Origin: Bigelowiella natans CCMP2755
Lineage: Eukaryota > Protista > Cercozoa
Assembly: GCA_000320545.1 (NCBI GenBank)
Contig: ADNK01002208.1
Location: forward strand, 1-64,000
DNA: 64,000 bases
Direction of reading: 5' to 3'
A program made the position numbers and the translations under genes. The first letter of the stretch is position 1. Every line of letters starts with the position of its first letter. The notes below the pieces were generated by a model. That model worked only from the letters and a program-made list of their open reading frames with translations, was not told the DNA's origin and searched no databases. Of this stretch, positions 25,517-38,524 are shown piece by piece.

Positions 25517-26545
25517 ATGATGACCGACTTCCACAATACGTCTTACTATTAGAACACACACACACACACACACACACGCTCATCATCATTCCATACAGTA
25601 ATCTGAATAAGAAGATCGCTAATCGCTAATGTGTCGTGGTGATTGGATATATCGATCAGGGCCTCGCACTTCTGGACATACTTCTTCCTTTTCATGTTTG
25701 TGGGCATCAGCGCAGCTCTTTTAGCAATCACGGTGGGGAGCTACGAGAGATGGAGATTGCAGGAGCAGGGGGGGGGGGGGGGGGGGGCGAAAAATACTCT
25801 ACTCGTTGCTGACATGAGGAAGATTATGCACAGTTTGATTGAATGATTGTGTGTTGTATTTGATGTCCTCTTCAGATTCATCCTCGAGTGTACACCAATC
25901 TTCCACCTCCATACCCTACTGGCCCCCCCTCAAGCCAGAGCACTACATCGCCGCTGGGGGGAGGAAACATCACAACGCAAGGATATCCCCCCGGCCAAGG
26001 AAAAGCACCATGGGGGTAAGACTACTACATGCTGTTAGTTACTACTACCACCCTACAGCAGTATATAACCATCCTTCAAATAATAGATGATGATCGTATG
26101 AATCGCTGCTAAATCTGCAACGACAACCCTTCCCCGCAGGTGCTTAAGCAGCCCATGTTCCGACGATGCGACATGCACTAACATGGACGAAATATCAGGA
26201 ATTTTCCAATGTACCTGTAACAAAGGTGTGCTTATAAAGGATGATCATGATGATGATGATGATGATGATGATGCCTTTACTGTTCTATCCCCCCCCCCCT
26301 CCTCCTCCTTTTGGGTAAGGATTTCCGAGCCGTCTCTACATTTTTTCTCCTTCTTCTTCGTTTTCTTCTTCGATCCAGTATTGAGAGCACATGCTTGTCC
26401 ATTTCCTTGATGGGTGTTGCGGTTTTAAAGGGTTTGTAGGGGATGGTTTGTCCTGTGTCAAGCCGAGCAAGGTGAGTAGTAGTAGGAGGAAGGTGGATAG
26501 AAGAACAACGAGTTATCACAAGCAGGACTATCACCTCTCTCTCCC

Positions 26546-26576
<31 letters not shown>

Positions 26577-26722
26577 TTGTGTGTGTGTGTGTGTGCGTGT
26601 GCGTGGGCGTGTGCGTGGGCGTGGGCGTGGGCGTGGGCGTGTGTGTGCTCGTTGTTTCGAACAATTTTCCCCTGCCATCTCTAATGTATGCGCTTACTCT
26701 TTTTGTCCCATGTGATAATATG

Positions 26723-26764
<42 letters not shown>

Positions 26765-28720
26765 TATTTATATGCGTGCAGCTCGGACCTCACAAGTTTA
26801 GCTTCGACAATCAATGCGGATATGACGTATAACTCACATCATCACGACAAACACCCACAAGCACACGCTCACGGACCACATACACACGCACACAATCCGC
26901 ACATTACTATCACCATCCATATCAGATAGTCGTAATCATCGTTATCGCCAGCGCCACCAATTATCATTACCCCCCCCCCCCCCCTCCCCTCCCTTCTTTT
27001 TCCCCCCCCCCCTTCAGATATGGGTTGGAGTACACCCGCCGACTGTCGATGGGTAGTAGTAGTAGTAGTAGTAGTAGTAGAAGTAACTACCAGCATGCAT
27101 TATAACAACTCATGATCCTGAACCCCATATGGCTATATTGCACGCTCCGCCACATGGATAGAACGCACATATTGCGTGCGCTATTGATAGGACGATGGCC
27201 CGCTTTAATTACCCCCCCCCCCTCCCCCCCCTCTTAATCCTATTTTGTCATCATCGTCCTTAGTGGGGGGTTCTATCTCGGTCCGGGCCTACAAACCACA
27301 AAAACCGTGCCGCAGGTGATGATGCGATCTCACTTGTATTCTTTTGCATACATTGACCGCCAAATGTTCGTCGCTAATGTTGTTAGGGATTTAATGGGCG
27401 ATTTTGGCCAAGGACGCACTGCCTCTTTGATAAGAACGGTGGGTTGTCTTTCTGCTACGTATCCTCATTATGGCCTCTCTCCTCTCCTGCCGCCCCCCTC
27501 CCCCCCTTTTTGTGCATTCCCTTTGTTCGTGATGTCAACCATCGTTTCTTGACACAATGTCGTCGCTGTGTCGTCTTTATCGGTCGCTGTTATCACCAAA
27601 ACTACCAGGGGAGGGTAACTGCCTCACAGGCGATTGCGGAGGCGGCCTCAAATGCACGGTAGTAGTAAGAGAACAGAACCTCATCACCATCAACCCAATC
27701 ATCATCATCATCATCACTATCATCTTCATCATCATCAGTAGCAGTAGTGTTAGTGGTAGTGGCTGTTAGTTAATTATCATTATCTTCATCACCCTCCTTC
27801 TCCCCCTCCTCCTCCTCCTCCTCCTCTCACCCCCTCGAATGAGCCGCTGCTAATTTCTCCTCATTGCATCCTTCCACTAATCAGGGAGGTGGCAAGACTC
27901 CTGTCAGCTTAGCTGAATTCAATCTTGATGCGGGTATTACTTAGAAAGCAGTAGTGGTAGTAGTGGTAGTTGTTGTTGATGATGATGATGATGATGGTGA
28001 AGTTGTAGTAATTGCTATGTGTCATTACGTGCATCATCCTCATCCTCATCCTCCCCTTTTCCTGACGCTACAACTTAAAATCGCTGCTATGCTTTATACG
28101 ACATACACAGGAGCCCCGTGGGACCCTGCTGGAGTGCTAGATTGGTATGGGGGAAAGGGGAAGGGGGGAGGGGGGGGAAGGAGGCAAAGTTGTTGCATTT
28201 TTGTAATCACTATGATGATGATTTTTACTTCTATGCATGTTGTAATGCTTTAGTCTCTCTTGGTAGCTGTGTGGTCATCTCCATTGCTTGATTACGCGCA
28301 TGTAGTTATATAGTCCCTTTCTCGAGTAGCGTGTGACGACGTTCCTGCTACAGGAGATAGATTGGGAGGGGTGATGTATTGATAATGATGATGATGATGA
28401 TGGTGACGATGATGATATGGTGGCGCAGGTACGATGTCAGCCTTGTCGATGGATACAACGTGCCGGTAGGATGTGATGCATTAATGATGATGATGATGAT
28501 GATGATGATGACAGTGATATATATATATTAATATATCTGATGTACAAGTAGTAGGGATATATGATGATGCTCTGGATTCCTTCTTCATTTGCTTTTTCTT
28601 CTTTTTCTTCTTTCATGTCGTCGTCACAGGTGTCCATATATGTTGTGGAGGGCACTTATCTCAAGGACCCTTATCAAAACCCAGAGTAAGTGCTATTATT
28701 TACGATTATTGAGCAGTACC

Positions 28721-28767
<47 letters not shown>

Positions 28768-30038
28768 ACAAGCGGCGGATATCTCGATGGTAGGGAAAGG
28801 GGGCTAGGAGCAGCTTTTAATGCATTGGTGGTGTGTTGGAAAAGCAAATTAAGTGTATGTGCGTGTGTGTGTATGCGTGCGTAAATATTCTTTCTTCCCC
28901 CCGTCAACCCCCCCGCCCCCCCCTCTCTCTCTTTCTCTCTCTCTCACCAAACAGCTACGATTGCACAAACGCCATATGCCTCAGTGACATCAATCCTCTT
29001 TGCCCCGAGGTGAGTCTAAAGAAGGAATAGGAGGAGGAGGAGGAGGAGGAGGAGGAGGAGGAGGAAAAAGAGGATAATGATGATGATGATGATGATGATG
29101 ATGACCATCGTGATGATGAAAATGGAGAAATGACGGTGAAATTTGATAGGCTTGTGCCGCCTATAAATAACCTACCAAGTGGGTCAATGGTGGCCAAATG
29201 ATATTCGAGCAACCCTCTTTCCTTCTTCCACTCTCCTTCGTTCTCTCTTTTTCTTTGTGGGTTGTTGTGGTGCCAGAGGATGCAATTGAAGCCAAAAGAT
29301 GCTCTCGAAGTGCTTCCCCCTAGCCACGTTAGGAAATCGGTAACACTAAGATGATGGCACTTATGGAGAGGAAGAAGAAGAAGAAGAAGATGATGATGAT
29401 GATGATGAGGAAGATGTTCTCCATCTATATACAACGGTGATAAGGACGACAACGCAACAGCAAACACAAACAAGGAGACGAGACGCTGCTGCGCTCTCGG
29501 TGGCTTTGACTGAATATCGACTTTTTACTACTACTGTGTACAACGAACAGAAGAAAATAAGCGGCGAAACAATCGCATGCCATAGTGCGTGTGATGCGTT
29601 TGGAGATGCCAGGTCGTAGCAGTCGGTTTGCAGGGAGGGGGGGGGGGAGGGGTCACAGAACAATGATAGCAGAAAGATAATCGTCCTCATTACGTAGTTT
29701 AACGCGGTTGAAGAAGAGATACCCTCTTCGTTTATATCGAATAACCTGGGCGCGTGTTGTTTGTTAGGTATTGCTGTACTGCGCAATACTCCTTGCCCAC
29801 GACCTGCCCTCCGACGAAGTACTCCCAGATATTTAAGGTTTGTATCATCTCATGTTGCTACAGCTTCTCAGCCGCCTGCACTGTTATTGTGATCTGACTG
29901 GAGAACTACTGCTCTTTGGTTGTTTTTAAGGATGCATGCCCCGGGGCATACAGCTACGCATACGATGACAAAAGCAGTCTTTTCACGTGCCGCAGCGCAG
30001 AGGATAGAACAAGCTCCTACACAATAAAATTCTGTTAA
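25517..30038 (+). CDS. Signal-anchor + P/S/T stalk + EGF + thaumatin-like (PR-5) protein, about 19 small exons
   Basis: Manual splicing gives MMTDFHNTASHFWTYFFLFMFVGISAALLAIT, an EGF module CLSSPC..C..C.CNKGFVGDGLSC, then NQCGYDIWVG, GRFWPRTHC, CLTGDCGG, LAEF, WYDVSLVDGYNVP, YCC, YSQIFKDACPGAYSYAYDD and YTIKFC*. Confidence 0.9.
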
Positions 30039-30113
30039 CATTACTAATGAACGAAAATAATAGTTTAGACATTAAATATCTTCAAACACGTTAATACACG
30101 TGGTATTTGAGCT

Positions 30114-30153
<40 letters not shown>

Positions 30154-31256
30154 TATATATATCATAGAGCATAGACCATGTCTATTTGTACGTGCTCATT
30201 GTCATGCTGATCGCAAGGCACATTCTATCTTATTTCCCTTTAAGTGTTAGGCAGTACTGAGTAACGAATCGCGTGCGTAGCGCATAATCATTGCATCACT
30301 ACACATGCACATGGCTGGCATATCGCGCATGTCACATCGTATTTCCAATCCACTAGTAGCCCGTGCAAGTAATTAGGCATCAGCCAGACTCATTGCGACT
30401 TATTGCGCTAAGTTTTGTGGTATATAGGCTAGCTAGCGTAGCTAGTCTAGTAGTGCATACGTGACGACTATATTTGACATGGCCATCAGCCATCCATCGA
30501 CTGTGCATGCCGCCGTACTAGCGTACTAGCGTAGCGTGCATCTACGATCGTATCAATCTAGCTAGTGTGGCAAGCACGATTTCCTTCCTTACATGTAGCA
30601 CGCGCAAGCACGCAGCATGCACTACTTAATTACAGCTAGCTTACTCATACTATATTCATTTGGTTATAGTCCATATAAAAGTCACTGTACTAGTGTAAGC
30701 ACTAGAGCAGGGTACTTGAGCTAGCTAGTAGTCCAAAAGGGTGCTAGGATGTTGCGTATCGTATATCTCTTGTATATCTAGATCATCTAGATAAGTGTGT
30801 ATAAAACTCTGATGTATGAAGCCCTCGATCGGAGCGTGCACGCATGATAGCCTACAATGGCGTTGGGCGGGTGCCAGCAAAAGCTAGATGAGCATCTGCT
30901 GTACATGTACGTAACATGATAGCATGCTTAGCATGTACCGCGACTAGCAGCTTTATCTAGTTACGTGTAAATTAACCGATGATAGCACATGTTCCACACG
31001 CACGGTTCTTCCTAACTTTTGTTTAGGATTCGAAGAAGACCAATGCAGGTTGAATGGGAGCTTCCTCCTTGCTACTGCATGTCTCTGGATCTATGGCATC
31101 ATCAGAGAAATATAATGACGCGGTGGTAGTGAATCACATGCGTTTCTAAAGTTCTACACTCCGATTTATGCTCCATTCAGGCACCATTACATGTACAAGA
31201 AAATAGACCATATTCAAAGCCGGTCACGGCGACGAAATACGACAGAGAACACAATA

Positions 31257-32307
31257 TTATGATGCAGAAGTTGCAAAGTATCTCCTCTCAAACAGCTCGA
31301 AAGTGATTTCAAGGATGGGTCCTAGTAGCCCTGAGCCGAGTAGTGGGATGTGCTTGATCAGCGCCACTAAAAACATGAGCTTGTTCTTCGTGTACTTTTG
31401 ATAAAATGGTGCCCGCAGCAGATAAAGAAGGAGCATGAAAGCCCTTGACGAATTCGCACGATTCATATTCTTCTTCTTCTTCTTCTTGACCGCGTCTGTC
31501 GTCGCCGTTGCAGTCTCCTTCTCCATTGTCGCTAGTTTCTTCAGTAGTAGCGACATGAGATCTGTAGTGAGAGAAGCAACCCACGGAGTGAAGTCTTTCG
31601 AGTGTGTTGTGCATCTTAGACCGGAGTATATCAATGGGCGTACGAGGTAAAAAATCTCCGATACGATTTCTGTTTGAGTGGGTTTGCTACTGTCCTCGCT
31701 CTGCGACGACTTCTGAACGATAAAGTCTCCGTGTGGGTCTACACCCCGCCCATGCCTCGCGTACATTAGAATAAGGTCGGAAAAGTTTTCTTCGTCTCGT
31801 ATACCGCTTTTGGAACTAAGCTCGGGGAAATTTTGGTGCGCAATCTCCATGCACTTGCTTCGATTATTCATCTTCTGCAATTCCTCTGGAGTGTAGGTAC
31901 AAAGAGGCCTCCCCTCATTCTTGAAAAGGAGATACAAACGGAGGATGAGCTTGATAGCCTCGATCGCCACAATATACCGCCATTTGTCCTTAGTCCTTCT
32001 CATCGCTAGGATTTCGACGAGGAGCTGGATCTTCTCTGTCACACAAAGAATCTTTTTCACAAAGCGAGCAGCCGCAGTGTCGTTCTTGATTTTGAGATCG
32101 TTTTGGCCATATCGATCGAGTATTGCGTCGTGGTAGACTCCGATTACGTCGGCAACTGCCTCGAAGGCAACGTAATACTCCTCGTTTTTATGATAATCGG
32201 AGCTGTACGGCGTGTAGCATATCGACAGGGTGCGCATATTCTCCAGGGCGGGAATGAACCATGTGGCATTCTGTTGTTATTCATGGAAAATCACAACAAT
32301 TGAGAGA

Positions 32308-32369
<62 letters not shown>

Positions 32370-32514
32370 GTAATAATCGGGCGCTAGTACGTATACGTAA
32401 CAACTTAAAAGTAAAAATGTAGGAATAGGAAGCGAATGAAGCAAAAAGCAAACGTGATTACATCACCCTCTTCAGCCATCTCTCGTAGCCCCTGAGGACA
32501 GGCAAATCGGTCAT
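31257..32514 (-). CDS. PEX16: Peroxisomal membrane biogenesis factor 16, 2 exons
   Basis: Exon 1 (32467-32514) MTDLPVLRGYERWLKR joins exon 2 (from 32270). Motifs KWRYIVAIEAIKLILRL, EIFYLVRPLIY, PWVASL, LLYLLRAPFY and terminal YFATSAS. Confidence 0.85.
32312..32365. repeat. (GA)n microsatellite in the PEX16 intron
   Basis: Directly visible. Confidence 0.95.
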
Positions 32515-33261
32515 GCCTCTACTTCACAACTGCACAAGCTGGTATGGGATATTTAATAGGGCGAGGTGGTTTCCCCAGCTATGGTTGGTATTCTGTTATG
32601 GAACTCGTGCCGCCGTGGTTGCTTCCGCCCCTTGCTCACACAGAAGCCAACGAGATTCGAGCTGTGGCGTTTTCCGGCCAATTTTTACCGATGATATATC
32701 TTAGATAGAATTGCCATATTTCTCTAAAAATTAAAACATATGAAACAACTAATTTTCTGATTTCGGATAGATTATTTTTCGAACGAAAAAATTCCGGCTG
32801 CCCAACGAGAAAGTTGGCATCCTTGACTGCCAAAATGCAACTTATCGTAACAAAACAATGAGTGAACAATTAAGATTAAAGGCGCATGAATTTCTGACCA
32901 AATGCGATGAACTTCATATTTATTCTGCAGAGATCTCTCCCGTCAAAACCTCATCAAATCAGTCAGAGGTAAACGAATTTGCCTACAACAATTACAACAG
33001 TTTCAATTAAACCCGGTTACTACCGGACAGAATGGTGCCCTAAGCGCTCGACACCGCTGCGGTACGTGACTGGTCCTTTCCTGTGGATTGGTTGGAGTAG
33101 CCATCCGCAAAGTGATTTCAGGAATAGCGGTGGGAAGATGGGGAAAGATCAACTCGTTAGACATTAATACATGTTAGTGAGCCCACACAAAGACTCTTAT
33201 CGGCCCCCTTTGTCCTGCCTCTATCCAGGCGCATTAGCTACTACAGTCACTGTGGAGGATC

Positions 33262-34534
33262 ATGCAGAGATTCATTCATAAAGCTCTGGTATTCATTTGC
33301 ATACATTTATCGCATCGTGTGTCTGAATTATTGGTCGTGTTCGTCTTCTATGCGGTGCATGCAGCGAAAAAGCAGGAATCGAGACGCCACAGCAATGAAG
33401 CGTCGATTTCTCTCTTCCGTCCCAGCACCATCCTCCCGACTCTACCATAGTCTTCAAGAACCTGAATCAAAGAGCTTGGGGCTTTACTCGTCTCTCCCAG
33501 TAAGTTCCGTTTTGAACGAAGAAGAAGCAAGCGAAGCGGGAATAGTTGCCGAGCAGCTTATGTACATTGCATTTTTACAGGTTTCCTGGCGAAGAGGCTT
33601 TTCGTCGTCATCCTCCTCCTCCCAGTCGACTGTGAACACGGCAGGGGTCACTCAGGATTTTCGGGGCGGCGACAAAAGTAGCATCCGCGAGGCTCTGGCG
33701 GAGGTTGAGAAAAACTTGGCAGCAGATCACCAAGTTCGTGATCTTGCCGAGATCAGCCTCGTGCTGTCCAAGAACGAGATGATCGAGGAGTCGGTGCAAC
33801 TACTTTTGATTATTATGAAGTACCGCGTGGATCCTCCGAAGGTGGTCTTCAACACGATGCTTCTCACCTTCTCCCGTGCGAGCAAGTTTCTGGAGCTGCA
33901 GGCCGTGATTAACTACATGAAGATCTGCAAGAGCGAGCCAACAGTGATAAGCATGAACACCCTGATGAGTTTCTATGGCAACCAGATGAACTTCGACATG
34001 ATGGTCGAGCTCTACCAGAGAATGCGCGAGTTTGGTCTCTGGCCGAACGTGATCACCTTCAATACGATGTTGACAGCTCTTGCTCGGTCAGGCCAGGAGG
34101 AGCAGGTACACCACCTTCTGAGTTACATGGAGCAACGCGACATCGTGCCCAACATCTCCACGTACAATATCCTCATCGATCTGTACGCGACCCTCGGCAA
34201 AGTGGACGCCATGGAGGCCGTTTTTGATCAAATGCAGAGTCGCGGGGTCAGCCCTGACGTCGTCACCTACACGGCGATGATGAAGGCTCACGTGGACATG
34301 CTCAACGTGGAGAAGATGTCAGAAACTCTGGAGAAAATGACGAAAGCGGGCGTGGAACCGAACATCAAAACATACACGATGGCGATGAAGGTCTGCCATT
34401 ATACCAACGACGTGGAGGCGCTAATGAAGATATTCCGCAAGATTGGGGAGAGGAGGCTGAAAAGCGGCGATTCGGTGCAGGAGACACTCGCCACCGGCCT
34501 AGCGTAGGAAGAACTCTGACCATCTAATACCCCC

Positions 34535-34586
<52 letters not shown>

Positions 34587-35153
34587 GGTGGGTCTTAAAA
34601 CACAGCCTCCCAACAACAACAACAACAATGATGATGATGATGAAGAAGATGATGATTCTTAATACGGCAACCTGTGTTCGTTATGAAAGATCGTTGCAGT
34701 GTTAGTACTACTATCGCAGCATTGTTATTAGTTGCGCACCTCATCACTATCATCACTATCATCAACATCACCAACATCATCATCATCATCGTCGTCGTCA
34801 CCAGGTACTCTAAACACCCTCGAGACATGGTCCGCCTCTTCAATGAAATTCTTAACATGGGGTTTGACCCTGACGTCAAGACGTACAACTTCTTCCTCAA
34901 GAAGATTGCGGAGGCCTCCGAGGATGAGGTCGCCATGTCCGTTTACGATCAGATGAAGCAAAGGGGCGTTGTGCCGGACTCTACGACGTATCACCTGCTT
35001 ATCAAGTAATTTATGGCCAGCCTCTGTTTGTATTAGGAGTAGTAATAGTAGTAGTAGTAGCAATGGTAGATAGTGGTGGTGGTGGTTGTGGTGGTGAAGC
35101 AGAGTTGATGCACTGCGAAAGAGGAGAGAATACTGCCCCCTAACCCCCCCTCG

Positions 35154-35198
<45 letters not shown>

Positions 35199-36292
35199 GC
35201 TCTATTTAATTTTGCGCGCCGTCATTCGTATCCAGGGCGATTCCCGTCTCCCGAGAGTTTTCGAAGGTGGCGGTAGTCCTTGACGAAATGGAGAAGGCGG
35301 AAGCAGAGACGGGCAGCACTCCATTCAACAGCCTCATCCTCTCCACGGTGTGCAAACGCCTCGAGAAGCAGCAGGACTATAAGCGTCTCCAAGAACAATA
35401 TGTCAAAATCACACAGGAGAAGGGTGTGAGACCGAACCTGCAGATCGCTGCGAGCGTGATCCAATCATATGTGAGCTTCAAGCAGCATGCAGAGGCCATT
35501 GCTCTCTTTGACAGCCTGGAGAGATTCGGCATCACTCCGAACAACGTGGTTTTCGCATGTGCCCTGCGAGCGATGGCGGCTCACGACGTGAAGGCAATTC
35601 CGAGGTTGATCGAGAAGATGTTGGCACTGAAGAACAAGACGATAGTGGCAAATGTCTACAACATACTCACCGACTGCTTCGGACGGAACTCCGGTGAGAC
35701 ACAAGCCATAGTGGCCCGGGCAATGATCGAGCTGCACGAGCAATATCCTGACGTACACCCTGATATAATCTTCTTCACCACCCTGCTCAAAACCTATTGG
35801 AATCGTGCTAAGGCAATCGAGTCGTCGTCTTCGTCGTCAACAGCCTCGTCGATGTCAACGACCAGCCCTTCAGCAGGAGCAGGAGGAGGAGGAGGAGGAG
35901 GGGGAGGGGGGGGGGCAGAGGAGGGAGAAACGGCCGGGTCCTCTTCTCCCCAGTTTGAAGTCGTCGAGTCTGTCGCGTGTGTGCTCAAGCTGATGCACCG
36001 CTTCGATATGCAGATGCCTTCCAACGGGTTTGAAATGGTGTCCGCGTGTCTGGAGAGCCTGCTCAAAAGCGGAGCGCTCGATGTTGACAGGGTGATTCGG
36101 AAGCTCAAAGAGGAGGTTGGAGTAGAAAACGACCTCTTGAAAAAGGTGATGATAATGATGATGATGATGATGATGACGATGATGGTGGTATTATTCTCTC
36201 TTTTTTTTTTATCCATCCTCGATAACTAGTATCCTCGGATGAGTCCCTTCTCCTGCCCTGGTTTTGCCTTTGTTTCTTTTCGTTTCTTCACG

Positions 36293-36325
<33 letters not shown>

Positions 36326-37760
36326 TCAGGTGTTCATGGGGCTGCGAGCCAAGTCGGGAGACACAGAAGCTATAATGCAAGAATTACGCGACAAGTGCCT
36401 TCCCTTTTCGGACCACGGAGGAGGAGGAGGAGGAGGAGGTGAAGGCTTGGACGCGAAGAAGAAGGCTGAGGCGCAAGTGCTACAATCACTTCAAACTGGG
36501 GTGGAGCTGTTGAGGCAACACGGACAGTTCTCGAAGATATTTGAGGTTTTCGAGATGGTAACATCAGGCCCCAGGAAGCTGCCTCCCTCCCCCTCCTGGA
36601 TTCTACCGATTCTTGAAGCGCTTGCAGAGGAGGCGGATAGCAAAGGTGTCGTAGTCCCCGTGAGAGTTGCTTACGAATTACAGGCGTTTCTGAGGCTGCT
36701 CGAAGCTGCTGCCGGTGATGATGCTGCTACTGGAAGCAAAATAAGTAGTAGCAGTAGTTTTGCAAGTAGCAGCAGCAGCAGCAGTGATAACAGTAGTAGT
36801 AGCAGTAGTAGCAGTAGTAGCAGTAGTAGTAGTAATAATAGTAGCCGTGATGATCATGCAGACGGAAAAGGCGTCGGGAACAGTAGCAGCAGCAGCAGCA
36901 GCATCGAGAGCAGCAGCCGCCATCCTTCGAAAGAGGAGGCGGCATGCGTGCCCCTTCTTACTGGGGAGTTCGACTTGGACACGCAGAAGGCGCTCAAGCG
37001 CTACCTTAGAGACAACGAGACCTTGAGGCCATTGCTGTTGCAAAATCTCAACACGCAAACTGGGTTCGACGACGAGTCCTCGGTGAGTGCGCTGCAGCAG
37101 GCATTGAACGTTTTCGGGCTCCAGATCATCGTGGACGGGAAGCTAGGAGAAGAAACCGTAGATGCCCTCCAGACCTTTCTTCGCGCCACGATGCCTGTGG
37201 CGGGGAGTGGGGTCAGGGACGAGCCCCTCCCCCTCACCAGGAAGGTCAGCGCGATCTGGGAATACATCCAGGCGAGTGACGGGGGAATGAAGAACGCTGA
37301 CCAGGTCATGTACATAATTTCCTTCTCCATTCTCAAGAAGGACGTCGGCCGGGGCGCAGAGCAGGTGTTCGTTCGGCTCTTTAACAACATGGAGAGGATG
37401 GGGCGGCTCAACCTCACAGCCTACACCATGATGATTGAGTACTTGATAAAGCGGGATAGCATTCCAAGGGTAATCAAGCTCTTCCGGAATATGAGGGCCG
37501 CAGGACAGCAGCCGGGAGAGAAGCTGCTGCTTACCATAGTCGAGATCCTTGCCAAGTGGAAGTATGCGCCTGAGGAGTTCATTGAAGCACTGAAAGCTCT
37601 AACTGAAATGGGAGTTGCTCCTTCCGTGGACATCATTAAAAACGCAGGGGAATCGTTCATGGACAATCCAAAGATCCGGGAAGCTCTTCGCGATATTTTG
37701 CTTCGCGTCAAGAGAAATTTGTCCAAATTGGATGTGATTCCGCCGCAAACTTCTGCTTAA
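33262..37760 (+). CDS. Large P-class pentatricopeptide-repeat protein, organelle-targeted, with a PGBD-like insert
   Basis: 35-aa repeats (PNVITFNTMLTALARSG, PNISTYNILIDLYATLG, PDVVTYTAMMKAH, PDVKTYNFFL, YTMMIEYL) across exons at about 33.4-34.5, 34.8-35.0, 35.2-36.1 and 36.3-37.8 kb. The RRGFSSS leader is mitochondrial-like. Start tentative. Confidence 0.87.
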
Positions 37761-38524
37761 AGTTAAGCCGGGAAGATAGACACCTGCACTACAGCTTGTG
37801 GTGTATCTAAAGCATGGTGCTCATTTTTAGAAGCAGCTCGTTTGTATTTGGTACATGTAGGCTCAAAAGGCGTATTGAAATGTGATCATCATGTGTGGTT
37901 GTAAGATGCTATGATACGATGCACACGTACGATGCATGCAGCGGTGGCATACACATAGCTAGCTAGCATGGATGATACGCGCGGCATATAGGCAAATTGC
38001 AGGCTAAGCACAAGAGCTGCCCAAGATTACTAGTTTGTACCAGGCAAATCGCAGTCCCTCATTACTAGATTGTTGACGAAAATTAAATTAGCTATACTGG
38101 CGGTGTGATGTCCTCATGATGCACGCAGAGAGCCAGCGCCGACGTTTATAGCACTGATTCAGCTGCGGTATCGTCTGCGTGCCAGGCGCCCAGCGGGAAT
38201 AAGCCAGCGAAAACTGCTATAATTCAATACGGTCACGCATCGCTAGATCGCGCACAGTGCAGCTAGCGCTAGTAGCGCCTTGTAGGAAAAAGTCGTCTTG
38301 ATCGCATCAATGTAGAGACCGACAATGGCATCTTACACATGCTCGCGTGTGGTTTATACTTGCTGCTGCTTGTTCTAGTGTTGGCCAAATATTTTCAAAT
38401 GGTGATATAGAAAAGAAGTTTGATGTAATTTATTGTTTACTACAAATTTACATAGAATTGCTCCGGGTGCATGCCATGTGGCACACTATAGTCGAGTTAT
38501 ATCAACTCAATACAAATAGGAAAT

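Larger units (their letters stand above)
14850..30160. repeat. Microsatellite-saturated intronic zone: (CAT)n, (TAC/TAG)n, (GA)n, (CA)n, (TA)n, (GAA)n, poly-C/G
   Basis: Most introns in this interval contain one or more simple repeats. Confidence 0.9.

Noticed and set aside
14900-29800. Many short ORFs with poly-H, poly-V, poly-S, CVCV or YIYI in the ORF track
   Set aside because: These are translations of intronic microsatellites, not proteins.
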